Origin: Azolla caroliniana
Lineage: Eukaryota; Plantae; Polypodiophyta
Assembly (NCBI GenBank): GCA_043228905.1
Contig: JBHGNT010000016.1
Location: 10,044,001-10,108,000 of the forward strand
DNA length: 64,000 nucleotides
Direction: 5' to 3'
Position 1 is the first letter of the stretch; the number at the start of each line of letters is the position of its first letter. The position numbers and the translations under genes are program-made. Positions 26,613 to 39,600 of the stretch are shown piece after piece. The notes under the pieces were generated by a model that saw only the letters and a list, made by a program, of their open reading frames with translations, was not told where the DNA came from and made no database searches.

Positions 26613-28031
26613 TCAAGAGTCATTCCTGTTATAAGAATCACTACTATATTCCCTATTATACAATGGTGACTCATCCTCCTCATCAGATGTACCAATCAAA
26701 GCAGTGTCTTCATCTAAAAACAAATGTTGTATCTCCAAATTATGTGTAGAAGATCTAATCCACCTTTGATCTGAGAACCCTTGTAGACTTGGCAATTTTA
26801 ATTTTATTATGTCTATTGTTGACTTCCTTAAGCATCCAACTTTTGTTAGTGTAAAGTCGTACACAATGATATCCACCTCTTGCATGTCAATGATTGATGT
26901 GTTACAAATATTTCTTTTCCACTTTCTATTTCCTCTTGACGTTGCACATTCCATCATCTCCAATGTATACTTTCCTGTAAATGCATTCTTGCTTTTAGTG
27001 TTGTACCAATGCACCTTTGTAGACTTTATCTTATTTTGGTTGTCATGCATCACCATGTCCAATACTTTACCAATCCAAACTTGGTGCCCTATGTCATTGT
27101 CATCAACAGGTATCGCAATTAAAATATCCCAACCTTTATTTCTTGTGAGTTTCCTTGCCAACACGCTTCAATTGCTTTTGTCATCCTCGGTCCCACATAA
27201 ATGTCTCTCTGTTGTGGATGGAGCAAGTTGTCAACATCCACATTAGGTGCACAAGGTGGCGTTTGAGAAATAGGCGTGAGTTGTACAGACCATGTAAATG
27301 GTATTTGCAAGGGCCAAATACTAGTGAAGGAGTTATCAATGATTTATTGTTGATCACTAACGAACTTGTCCAACGTACTTCTTTGCAATATCAACGAGCT
27401 TCCTTTTGTCTTGTAAGGCTTGCATCCAAAAGCTCCTTTGTTCATCTACCAAGTTATTCTGCATTTCCTTTTTAGTTTCAATCGGCATTTGTTTCACACC
27501 ATAAACATTAGTTATAGATGGCATATGAAGCAAGAACTGGGAGCTGCGTTTTGGCTCCCATTGTGGGGAAGATGAATATTGCTTTGCATGCAACAATGTG
27601 CAACCACTTATATCATTTTTCTTTATCAAGAACACGTGATTGAAGCGAATATTGTTTAGTTGGGCAAACACTTTCACATTCTTATCCCCGTCATCGGCTA
27701 TGTATCTCTTAAAGTCGTATATCTCCTTTAGGTGGATCACATTCGGGTGTAGTTTGTATGCATCACAAATTACGTCAAATAGCTTCGGTAATGAAAACGC
27801 ATCATATCGAGACAACTGTCTAGAGAATGTACTAAACATCTGATCAATATGGTCATGTGTGTGACCAACTACAAGCAAGATAAGTTTAACTTTCCTAAAC
27901 ACTCCTTGTTTCACCAACATCATGTATGTCACCAACCAAAAGGAAGTTAAGTTTAACTTTCCTAAACACTCCTTGTTTCACCAACATGCTCAATATCCGA
28001 AGACAGTTGAATTCTTGTTTTCCCTAGTAGT
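26613..28031 (-). pseudogene. C-terminal half of a Sola1/DUF7869-like transposase (second copy)
   Basis: RENKN...VGHTHDHIDQMFS, colinear with 35500-36049 plus 42093-42910. Frameshifts, and a ~39-bp internal duplication near 27882/27949. Confidence 0.8.
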
Positions 28032-28629
28032 TGATAGGGTGTATAAGACAGAAGATAGTTGTACACAATATGAGGGCTTGATCAAACCAATTACATGGAG
28101 TTGTGAATTATAATAGATTATATAGACCAAGATAACTACAAATTAAGAGAGAGAGAGAGAGAGAGAGACTCAAGAAATTAAGAGAAAAGGTAGAGAAGAT
28201 GAGAAAGAGATAAGAATGTTATAATATTGCACTATCGAGTCAATACAAAGGGGATAAAGTCCAAATTCAACTAAAAACCAAACAACTTCCCCAAATGTCT
28301 TTCACTATTCTTCATTAATCACATTCTCCTTCGACTATGCCTCCTTCTTCCACTTCTAAGACTCTTTTTTCCACTCCCAAAACCTCTCCTCCACTCCCCT
28401 TCTTAACCTCCTTCATCTCACTTCTTATAATCTTCTTCTTCCTCCTCGTTCATGCTATTTTTAGAAGCTTTTTATCTCCTATTTTAGTTAAGACACAACG
28501 ACCGTCTAATCATCATATCTCCCTCATCCGAGCTCCAAATTTAGCGATTTTAAAAGCTACAGATACCTCTCTTTACAAGATTTCTAGACTATATTTAAAC
28601 ATGATATTTAAACATGATAAATCCGAACA
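28032..28629. repeat. LTR-like non-coding segment with (GA)n
   Basis: Starts TG exactly where transposase homology stops and ends ...CGAACA. No clear partner LTR. Confidence 0.4.
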
Positions 28630-29052
28630 ATAACGCAAGTGGAGCTACAAGCGTATAAAAACATGCGGATAACGCTAGTGGAACCATTATCAACACACTA
28701 CATAATCAAAGCAACAATGGAATAGAAACATAATAGTTTTAACAATAGAAGACAAAGATCCATAATAACAACATGGACAGTCATGGAAACAATTGTACGA
28801 CCATGTTATGTTCAGGTTAGCTTGGACCAAAATCAGCCTCAATTTAAACTAATTCATGTTTCTCCATAAATTTGGTAGTTAGCTATGCACGCGGTGAAAC
28901 AATGTCATAAGTCTACTAACCAAGTATATAAAAATAAAATTGAAACATATAGAAGATTATAAATAATAGAATCCGCCAAGTAAAACCCAAAATTTGTATT
29001 AATAATGTGAAATCCAAACAAATCGTCAGCGTCATTTTCTTCATAGAGTCTA

Positions 29053-32000
29053 TTACATAGCAATCAATTCATCAATGTCATTTTCTTCATCATCTTGTGT
29101 AGAACTCTCTTCGGCTATACGTGCATTGGCTTCCCTTGTTAGCCGAGCCAACGAAATATCTTCTATAAGCTCATCATCAAGCTCTATTAGCTCCCCCGGT
29201 TCGCCGGCTAACGGAGGAATAGGCTCTCACGAAGCAGGTTGAAACCTTTCTGTATTAGCAAGGTTCTTTGCACCGACTTCCTCATCCTGGTCTGGGCACT
29301 CCCACAAAGCCTTAATCCTCATATTTATAAATATAACCTGCTCCTCATCCTTCTCTAATGCAACTGTATTTCTAAAGAGCTTCAATGCACATGCAGACGT
29401 CGTTCCTATGAAGAAAGTAACAAGAATCATTAATTGTTAAACAAAAAAGATTCGGTATTGGTTATCTCAAGATCGTTACCCTAGTTCGAGGAATACCTGT
29501 GCCAGAACAGAGATCTAATATCTAGTCTCCTTAGATAGAAAACATCTTGATGAAGCACATCATAAGTCACTGAGGTTTTTGATATGGGTTGACAAGTCCC
29601 CGTTCTGTCGTGGTGACATGTCGCAATTTCCGTGTCACTGTTGGATATACCAGCAGATTTGAACCTCCCACTTCATTAGAATGCTCCTTGATTCTTTGTT
29701 TCTTAATTTCATCGAAGTAGCTAGCCATGATGTATTCAATGGCATTAACGAACTAAAAAGTTGGCCCTCTATTTACATTGGTTTTTATCCTATAAAAAAT
29801 AATACATCAAGTTAAGAATAGATCGAACAACCTTAAGAAATGCAATATAGTGAATGACACCTATAAATAATCCTTACCATGCAAGGTTCTCGATACCTTG
29901 GCAACGAGATCTCAAAGCTTGAGCTACCGAGTACCCTTGGTCCATACTATGAAAGACAACTATTCGCCACAAGGATGCAATCGTTAGCTCGGCGAAATCC
30001 TTGACCATCTTCTCCAACTGTTTAAACCTAAACGGTTCATCGTCGTATGATATGACCCAACCATTCGAAATCCGTAAGGAATATCCGCAATCGTTAGCGT
30101 ATATTCCTTCTTTGGCACTTTTTGGATCAAGTTGACGACATCGCTGCAAACCACATTGTAGTAAAGATCTCTTGTAATATCTTTTTTGTGGCTAAATTTT
30201 TTAAAGGAGCCATCTTCATCCATTTCGTACGCCTTGTCTAAGCGACGATCCTTTTCTTTTCTGGCTTGCTCGAGATGTGCAAGGAAGGATGTAGGGAAAT
30301 CGTGTATATCCTTAACTTCTCCTTGTTTCTTGCCACGACACGGTTTCTAATAGAAGCAATAGGACATCAAGTATTATTATACAAGCTCTACATATGATGA
30401 AAGCGTAATGAAAAACCACCAATACTAACCCAATCCTTGAATGCAATAAAATACTCCGATAACGCCTTATATGAAGACGTTAGAGGATAATCCTCGGTCA
30501 CTTGTTCCCAAGTTATACATCCAAGTTGTTTCATCATAACTTCTTGGATCTTCATGTACACCTTATGACTATAAAATTAGAAATTAAGATTAGAACTTTG
30601 AATTACACCATATAGACTTCAATATCAGTATTTGAAAGACTTACTTATTGAACTCAGTGACCATTTCTTCAAGGCTTAAATCTTTGGCCTCAGCCATTGA
30701 CAAAACAGACACAAGAAGGTGCTCGTCCTTAATACCTTGCATCGCTCTCCATAGAGATAGCTTCATGTCGTCAACCGCTTCTTCAATTGTCAAGTCAATT
30801 TTCTTGGCCTCTTGTGACTTTAAGTCTAGTTCAGGGTCAACCTTACATTTCTTTTGTCGTTGACCCGTTACCTCCTTATTCTCCCACATTGAGAAGATTT
30901 GATCCTGTAGGTCCCATACTTCTCCATCTCTAAAGGCCAGTTGAAACCAAGACTCATATTTTCGAAGACCATCAGACTTAACATTATCATCTACCACAAT
31001 ACCGACTTCATACAGACATTGACGTCGTAGACCTGGATGTAGCTTCACACCAAACTTTTGTTTCACGTCCAAATACTCGTGGTGGAAGAACCTTATACAC
31101 TCAATCGATGACATTTTCTGCCTATAGTCATTATCATTATTATGGTTCCATGCCAACAGCTTTGCCTCTTCGGTTGTGAGCCCCACGTAGATTTTGCACT
31201 CTACATATTTGAAGAAGAAAGTCGTTGGATGTTCTCTCACAAGTTGCCGACGTGCCTCCGCTGAATGCGATCCACCAATGACAAAGTAATTATATTGATC
31301 ATGCTTTCTAATATCAAAATCTTCAATGGTTTCACATTCTTCAGGATCTACCATAACAATAAAAGGCACCACAGTGGCATGAGGATTAATTTTGATTTTT
31401 TTCTTGAGATTTTGAACACGCATGCGGTGTGGCTCTCTAATTTCAAGTGGTCTTCGATCTGTTTTTTCATCAATAGGGGGCCGATGGATGTGTGTTATAG
31501 GCAAATTAAACCCTTTCCCTTTCCTGACCAGTTTACGCTGCATTAACTCTCTCCTTATCTTATTTTGCTCGGATGACAACACACCCGATGCCAGCTCAGC
31601 TCCTGGCGTCCCCTTAGTGTCCTCCTCTTCGTTTTCACTTGTTGAAGCAGAATCCGACATTTTGGTTGTCTTCTTCTTTGGTGGTCTTGATTGTACTTTA
31701 GATACCCTTTTTGTGGCCTTCACTGGGGAGGGCACTTCCTCCCTTAGAGTTACATGGCCTTGTATATAAGGCCTCAAGGTAACAATAAGGTTTTGTGAGC
31801 TTTCAAGTTCTTTTTTGAACGCTTTTGGCCCACAAGATTCCTTTACTAGAAGATCTTCTGAAAGGAACACTTTACGTACCCCCTTGGAGCAACTCTATCA
31901 TTACAAGTATGTTGGCCGAATCTGCATCTTCATAGTCAAATCGTAGAATACGGCCATACATAAATGGGGTTTCCTTTCCAAGCTACCCCTCCCCCTTCTT

Positions 32001-32283
32001 CTTTGTTGTATACAATACGACTTTTTTCTTTGAGTCGACATATTGCATACACCATTCCTTATCCGTTAGATCACGGTCAAGAAGGTCTTCACCTCCAGTA
32101 GCTGCTACAAGTTTCTTTTGGCTAACCTCAATGTGTGGTTGAGATTTTGACTCCTCGTTGAAGAGAAGCTTTTTTCCTCTGTTCATGGACTCGGGAGCTA
32201 CTAGGGTCTGTGTTTCAATTGGAGAACCCTGTATGCGGAGCTTTATCTTCTTCACAGGTCCGTCTGACAAGTTCTCAAACGAC
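29053..32283 (-). pseudogene. Intron-containing gene for a ParB/Srx-like domain fused to a beta-class N6-adenine/N4-cytosine DNA methyltransferase
   Basis: Exons 32283-30645, 30568-30430, 30346-29878, 29789-29497 and 29405-29053 are joined by phase-preserving GT-AG introns. ParB-like PFIVMV...YFVIGGSHSAEARRQL...EEAKLLAWNHN. MTase motifs in beta order: CSDVVNLI..TIADIPYG, WIKTN, IEYI, NPYQKP, ILDLCSGTGTT, RNTVALEKD..RI. Stops and frameshifts present. Confidence 0.82.
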
Positions 32284-32806
32284 CTATTTAAGAAAGGACA
32301 TGCGAAAACATAAGTTAGGTGGTCACGTAGATTAAGGTTGTATATTAAAATACAAATAAGTAGATGAAGAAATAAATTAGCAGGCGATTTGTGGTGAACT
32401 ATAAATATCAATCATGCATTCAGTGTACATGGTAGTCCTATATTCAGAAATCTATTCTAGTAAGGGCTATTCAACTTAGAAAATATATATTGTAATAAGT
32501 ATACAAGGTTATATATTGTCTTGAAGGGCAGGTATGACTTATATTGATTCCATAACCATATTGTAGATAATTTGCATATGATAGACTTGAGATTGGTATC
32601 GTAAAGGTAATTTGTGGGTTATTTTCTACTATTTTAAGCTATAGTAGGTCATAAAACCCCTATAATTACGGCCCCTATTTTTTAAAAAGTAAGGCAAGCC
32701 GACATAAAAAAGACTGATTTTGATAGACAGTTTGATATCTTTTCTCACAATACTAAATTGTTGCCCCAAAAACACAATATTCCTCTTTCAGGGTCTTCTT
32801 TTATAC

Positions 32807-33190
32807 AGGAACTCGATACGCCTTATCGAGTTCCTATTTAAACCACAAACATAATTCAGGAACTCGATACGCCGTATCGAGTTCCTGTTTTAAACACAAA
32901 TATTGTACAGGAAATCGATACGCCGTATCGAGTTCCTATTTAAACAGAAAAGAGAATAGAGGAACTCGATACGGCGTAGAGTTCCTCTTTAAAACCCAAA
33001 CTTTAAACAAGAACTTGATACACCGTATCGAGTTCCTATTTAAAAAGCAAAGAACACAGAGGAACTTGATACGGCGTATCAAGTTCCTATTTAAAAGCTA
33101 AACTTTAAATAGGAACTCGATACGTCGTATCGAGTTCCTGTATAAAAAGCAAATAAAAAAAAGGAACTCAATACGCCGTATCGAGTTCTT
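32807..33190. repeat. Array of eight 29-bp palindromes AGGAACTCGATACG-N-CGTATCGAGTTCCT, period 51 bp
   Basis: Copies start at 32807, 32858, 32909, 32960, 33009, 33060, 33111 and 33162, with 22-bp A-rich variable spacers. Confidence 0.95.
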
Positions 33191-33273
33191 GAGTGACAAA
33201 ACATATTTACAAAAATGTCCACAGTGTCAAAGGCCTATCTGGAGTCTTGGCACTCGATTCTCTTTGAAGACAT

Positions 33274-34080
33274 GGTTGATCTGATCAAAGTGGAGGCGGA
33301 GATCGCGCTTCCTGCTCTGTGTGCTCTGTTCGCTTTGTGTGCTCTTGTATCCTCTTGTATGCTCTTGTGTGCTCTTGTGAGTGAAATATGACGAGGTCTT
33401 CCTATTTATAGGGATTGACCATAGTGGTTAAAGTAACCACAGTCACCTTAACCAGGGTTGGTAAGCTTGAGGTTAGTTAGTTAGTAACCACAATCACATT
33501 AACCAGAGTAACTTATGATTGCATTAATGATTACAAAGTCAAACTAACATATTGATGAATCTTTTATAGTCATAATCTTTTATGAATCTTTTATGAATGA
33601 ACCAATGATTGATTACTGAAAGCAACATTTTTATGACTCTCAGTTGCTGTGTATTAAAGATGTGGGCATGAATGAACCAATGATTGATAAGTCTAATATT
33701 TAAAATGGTGAGCATTAATGAACCAATTACTAAGAAGTTCTATATCAAATATGGGTGCCATTAATTAGCCAATGATTTTAACTTTAATCCAACATATTTA
33801 TGGCTTGGTAATGATTGGAATTATATTATACTTTATTTAACTTCATATAGACCTAGTTTAAATAATTATTGATATTTTAAATACAATTACTATATTAAAA
33901 ATAATATTTTTTATGTATTGTATTAATATAATATTAAATAATATAGACATTATATTGAGGGAGCTTTTGTTTAGAGAGGAGTTTATGTTTCGAGAGGAGT
34001 ATATGTTTAGAGAGGAGCTTGTTAGTTTTTAGCCTTAGCCTAAGCACATAACTTAAAGAGCCCTATCTAGACCTTAAGCC
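33274..34080. promoter_or_regulatory. Putative bidirectional promoter region
   Basis: Minus-strand CCCTATAAATAGG at ~33401-33413, about 130 bp before an ATG at 33273. Four CCAAT motifs at 33600-33775, a duplicated AGTAACCACA.TCAC.TTAACCAG, and three GAGAGGAG units at 33970-34017. Confidence 0.5.
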
Positions 34081-34098
34081 ATGAGTGAAGATTCACTG

Positions 34099-34254
34099 TT
34101 CTCGATTGAAGAATATTGTTTGTCATCAGACTCATCGTTTTCTACCGAAGAGTATTGTTTGTCGACAGACTCACCATATTCTATTGAAGAATATTGTTTG
34201 TCGATAGACTCACCATATTCTATCGAAGAATATTGTCTGAGCTCATCTTCACCT
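34099..34254 (+). repeat. 39-bp coding tandem repeat x4 ([FY]S[IT]EEYCLSxDS[PS])
   Basis: Read directly from the DNA and from ORF 34081..34623. Confidence 0.88.
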
Positions 34255-36049
34255 ACAGGGAATGTAAATAATGACACATGTGAAGAGTTCTCTATTGAAG
34301 AATACGATATTAATAAAGATACGGAGAATGAAGGTAGTGCCAATGAAACATCGAATAACATTGGCGATGGTCACAACAAAGAATTAGATTGTAACAAGGT
34401 TACACCAACCTCTATGCAGGAAGAGAAATCTGGAAGCCCTATGCATATTAGAAGAATCCCACGAAGAATTTGTCTGGCTAGATTTAGCTTGGTGACATCA
34501 GATAAACAGATTAGATTTGATGTCAAAAAAATATGTTGTGCCCGTGGTTGTATGTCTATGATTGGAAAATCAAAGTTGCGAGAATTAAGGCGATACTATT
34601 TTTCGATGACTGGTGATGAGTGAGACACTTACCTCGGGTCACATATGCAACTAGTATCTAACAAATGTACGAGGATCAAAGTATCATTTGAGTATTATAT
34701 CTTCCATGCGCAACAAATATGTAGAGTTGCATTCAAAATTGTGTTATGTGTTAGTAACATGCGGCTACATAGAGTACAACAACGTCTACTTAGCGGGGAT
34801 CAGATGCTCAATTGTAATGAGGTTCCAAGTATGAAAGGTGCAATTGGAAGACATGCTATTGGTTGGATGAAAAGTTACTTTCAGTTAAATTGTGAAGTAA
34901 TGCCCACTACAGGTAGGATGCACCTTTCTGATAATTATACACGTCGGGAAGTTTATGATGTCTATCGATCTGATATGGTGGGCTCACATAATAAGTCTGT
35001 CACATATAGCCAATTCACAAGATTATGGAGAGCTTGGTTTTCAAATGTTATCATTCCACGTAAAGTACGCATGGGGTATTGCTCCATTTGTGCAAATCTT
35101 AAAAGTTTGGCTAAAGGTGCAAAGACATCAATGGAAAAGGATATGACTAAGAAGTTACTACAAGAGCATCGTGAGGCACAATCATTAGAATGAAAGAAGG
35201 CGATGCATCATAGAGAGAAGTGTTTGAAGAGGCCCGAACAATACATGTGCTTAATGATAGATGGCATGGACCAGAAGAAGACGTGCTTGCTGCATGTGCG
35301 GAGGCTCCCCAAAGATGTCAATGATGAGTGCCTTGTTCAAATACACTTGGTGGGATGCTTGGCTTATAATAGGTCTGTTGGACCTCATGTCTTCATTACA
35401 TACCCCAATGTTCACAATGACCCTAACCTAACAGTTACAGTGATTCACCGAGTTTTGATGTCTTGGGGCCAACCTTTCCCTCCTGTTCTATACATTCAAT
35501 TGGACAATACTGCTAGAGAGAACAAAAATTCAACCGTGTTTGGCTATCTAAGTATGTTGGTCAACCAAGGATTGTGTAGGAAAGTGAAAGTCAATTTTCT
35601 TTTGGTTGGCCACACACATGACCATATAGATCAAATGTTTAGCACATTCTCCAGACAGTTGTCTCGGCATGATGCTTTCACTTTACCTAAACTATTTGAT
35701 GTCATTTGTGATGCATACACACCACGCTCAAAAGTGTTACACTTGAAGGAGGTATATGACTTTAAGAGATATATATCAGATGGGGGTGGTTGGAATGTGA
35801 AAGTGCTTGCCCAGTTAAACAATATAAGTTTCAATCACATTTTTATGATAAAGAAAAATGAAATAAGTGGTTCTACACTTTTGTATGCTAAACAATATTC
35901 ATCTTCTACAACATGGGAACCTGAAGGTGGTTGCCAGTTATTACTTTGTATGCCAAGTACAATTGTCCATGGAGCTAAGCAAATGCCAATTGAGAAGAAA
36001 GGACAGTTGTAGAGTGTCTTGGTATCGGAACAAAAACAATCATGGCTCC

Positions 36050-36182
36050 TGTCAGGAACTCTATTAAGGCAGAGAAGGAATTAGTACTAAAAGAAGGATT
36101 AGTACTATTGTCGGGGAATAGTACTAAGACAGAGAAGGATTAGTACTATGAGAGGTGTCAAACTTTTAGAGAAGGAATGGGT

Positions 36183-36238
<56 letters not shown>

Positions 36239-36644
36239 TGATGCGAAAGGTATATGTATTATATGAAGGAAGATATACAACAGTAGTTAGACGCTTAAGA
36301 CTGGCGTTGAACCGATTTGGTTCGAACTAATGCCTTGCGCCTCCTTTTATAGTGTCTTCAGGAATACTCCTGAAGTTTCTAGAATGTTCCAGAGAAATCT
36401 GGAATATACATCAATTTCCCAATAAAACCTAAATGAAAATAATATCCTTCAAATTACAATTCATAACCTAATGGTAAAGTCTCGACCCGTGTAACAAAAG
36501 GTTATGGGTTCGAGTCTAGTTATGACACTATCCCCCCTTTAAAACCTAAATGAAAATAATATCCTTCAAATTACAATTCATAACCTAATGGTAAAGTCTC
36601 GACCCGTGTAACAAAAGGTTATGGGTTCGAGTCTAGTTATGACA
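36050..36644 (-). repeat. 3' LTR of F
   Basis: TG...CA, follows PPT AAAGGGGGGATAG; contains (GA)n and a 117-bp duplication. Confidence 0.95.
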
Positions 36645-39600
36645 CTATCCCCCCTTTAAAACGACGAGTTCCACGAGTCGTTTTGGATTGAGGACCCGGT
36701 TTCTCGGGATATCGTCGATGGAAGTCTTCTAGAAGAGCACGAGCATTGGTCACATTCTCGATCGGTTCCCAAGTACGCTCGCTGGGACTATATCCTAGCC
36801 AATCGACTAGATAGTAGAGCTTGTTGCGAACAATCTTGGAATCGAGGATGGCAGCGACCTCATACTCAGGTCCATCTTCGAGCTCGATAGGAGGTGGTGG
36901 TTGTATAGTACGTCCTGGGATAGTGCTCTCGTGATAGGGTTCGAGGAGAGAACTATGAAACACCGGATGTATCCGAAGTTGCGGAGGTAGCTCGAGACGA
37001 AAAGCGACATCATTAATCTTCCCGATAATACGGAAAGGACCTAATCGCCGATAATCCAACTTCTCACATGGACGAGTAGTCTTGATGTGTCGTCGTAGCA
37101 GCCACACCCGATCTCCAATGTTAAAACTGGATGGAAGTCGATGACGATCTGCGTAGTCCTTGTGTGATTGTTGAGCTTGCTGGAGTTGAGTAGATAAATC
37201 CGCTTGTATCTTGCGTAACCGCTCCAAACGATCCTCCGCGCAAGGATTTGTGGACACTTCTGGGGTTTCAAGGACACACCACCGGGGATGATATCCTGTA
37301 TAAGCGTAGAATGGCGTGACTTTAGTCGATGCGTGGATAGCGTTATTATAGGCAAATTCGGCGAACTGAAGAATATCTGCCCAGTCATTCTGATGATAGT
37401 TGAGAAAGCACCGCAGATACTGCTCCAGTGTTTGATTTGTTCGTTCAGCTTGACCGTCGGTTTGTGGGTGGTAGCTGGAGGAGAGGTGACAAGTGACCTT
37501 CAGCATTTTAAAAAGGTGCTTCCAGAATTTTGACACAAACTGGGGTCCACGATCGCTGATGATATTATCAGGGAGTCCATGATGCCGACATACTTCCCGC
37601 ATGACAATTTCGGCGGTGTCTTCACTAGATATTTCTTTAGTACATGGTAAGAAATGAGCCATCTTTGTATATCGATCCACCACTGTGAGAATCGCACTGA
37701 ATCCCTTAGAGACTGGAAGATCTGTAATGAAGTCAAGAGCAATGGATTGCCATGGCTTGCTTGGAATTGGTAATGGTTCTAATAAACCATATGGATGATG
37801 TCTTGGCATTTTCACTCTGCAGCATGTATCGCAAGTCCGAACAAAATCTTCAACAAATTGTCGCATACGGGGCCACCAGAATGATCGTTGTACTAAATCT
37901 AATGTTTTAGTACTACCAAAATGTCCTGCTGTATATGTGTCATGGCAGTTTTGTACTACTCGAAGGCGGCAAGAACCATTAGGAACATACAAAAGTTCTT
38001 TAAAGAAGAGTAATCCATCACAGTATTTGAATTGCCGATAATCCGTACCTGGTGATTGTGATTGTGAACATGACGCTCGAGAGGGGTCAATTTGTGCTAG
38101 TATAGCTTGGGCGAAAGCGTCAGTCTTCAAGTCCTCACGTATAGTATTGGTAATGTCGGAATCCACGGGCATGTCAAAGACCTGTGCTGCTTGCAGTCGT
38201 GCTGGACCCAAGATTACTTGCTTCTGGTTATCGAAAGCTGGCTCACCGGGACGTGGTGTTAGATACGAACGCCGTGATAATGCATCTGCCTTCCCTTGGT
38301 GCTTCCCCGGACGATATGTAATTTTGAAGTCGAAGCGTGTGAGGAAGTGGGCCCACCGAGCTTGACGTCGATTCAGTACACGAGCATCTTGAAAGTAGGC
38401 AAGGTTCTTGTGGTCACTGAATACAGTGACCTGATGAGGAGATCCCTCCAGGAAATGCCTCCATTGCATAAAAGAATCAACTATTGCTAATAGCTCTTTA
38501 TCATGAATTTCGTAGTTGATTTCGGCGGCGTCAAACTTACGGGAGTGGAAAGCCACAGGATGTAGCTTCTCGTCGTTACCCTGTTGTGACAGAATGCTCC
38601 CCAATGCGAAATCCGATGCGTCAGCTTCGATAATGAATGGTTTTTCCGGATCCACATGACCTAAAATTGGAGCTGATGTAAACGCCTTCTTAAGACTCTC
38701 GAAAGCCATGTCCGTCTCTTTAGACCAAATGAATGATTGTCCCTTCCTGGTGAGCTGTGTGAGAGGCAGCACAATTTTTGAGTAATTTTGTATGAACTTC
38801 CGGTAAAAATTTGCAAAGCCTAGGAAGCATTGCACATCCCGCACCGAACGCGGAGTGTGCCATTCTATCACCGTTTTGACCTTGGCTGGGTCCATAGATA
38901 TGCCTTCTGAGGAGATGACATAGCCGAGAAACTCCACTTGGTTGCACCCGAAACTACATTTCTCTAACTTTGCATACAGACCATGTTCTCGAAGTCGTTT
39001 TAGTACTAATAGTACATGAGAATCATGTTCTTCTTGGGTCTTTGAATAAACCAGTAGATCATCCAAATAGATGATCAAAAAATCATCCAAGAGATCTCGA
39101 AATATATCATTCGCCATGTGCTGGAAGACTGCCGGCGCATTAGTGAGTCCGAACGGCATGACCGTATACTCGAAGTGCCCATATCTGGTGCGAAACGCGG
39201 TCTTCCATTCATCTCCTGGTCGGATCCGTACGAGGTTATAGGCTCCTCGTAAGTCGATCTTCGTGAAGAACCTGGCACCGTTGATCCGTTCTAAAAGACT
39301 TGAGATAAGGGGAAGAGCATACCTATTTCTTACTGTGACCTTATTCAAGCCACGGTAATCTACAACGAGTCGAAGCGAGCCATCTTTTTTCTTGACGAAG
39401 AAAATGGGTGCGCCGGCTGGAGATTTCGAATGCCGAATGAAACCGTTCTCCAAATTCTCCTCTATATAGGCTCGAAGGACTTCTAGCTCGGTTGGTGACA
39501 AATTGTAGATCGGCCCCCATGGCGGCTCTTTTCCCTGTTGTAAGTCGATGGCGCAATCGTACGGCCGATGATGAGGAAGTGTGTTGGCTTGTACTTTATC

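Noticed and set aside
28337-28633. Hydrophobic 98-aa ORF as a membrane protein
   Set aside because: It derives from CT-rich low-complexity sequence in an LTR-like segment.
28657-28684. Left TIR (AAAAACATG...AGTGGAA) matching the reverse complement near 43255-43281
   Set aside because: Only two short AT-rich blocks match and no TSD was found. Too weak to call, though worth testing with multiple copies.
32807-33190. CRISPR array
   Set aside because: No cas genes, eukaryotic context, fully palindromic repeats, and short A-rich spacers that resemble each other.
36148-36330. ERERER-repeat ORFs (also 41623 and 61239)
   Set aside because: They are translations of the (GA)n microsatellite in the LTRs of F and G.
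36455-36527. Functional tRNA gene
   Set aside because: A and B boxes are present but there is no convincing anticodon stem or cloverleaf. Reported only as a tRNA-like module.
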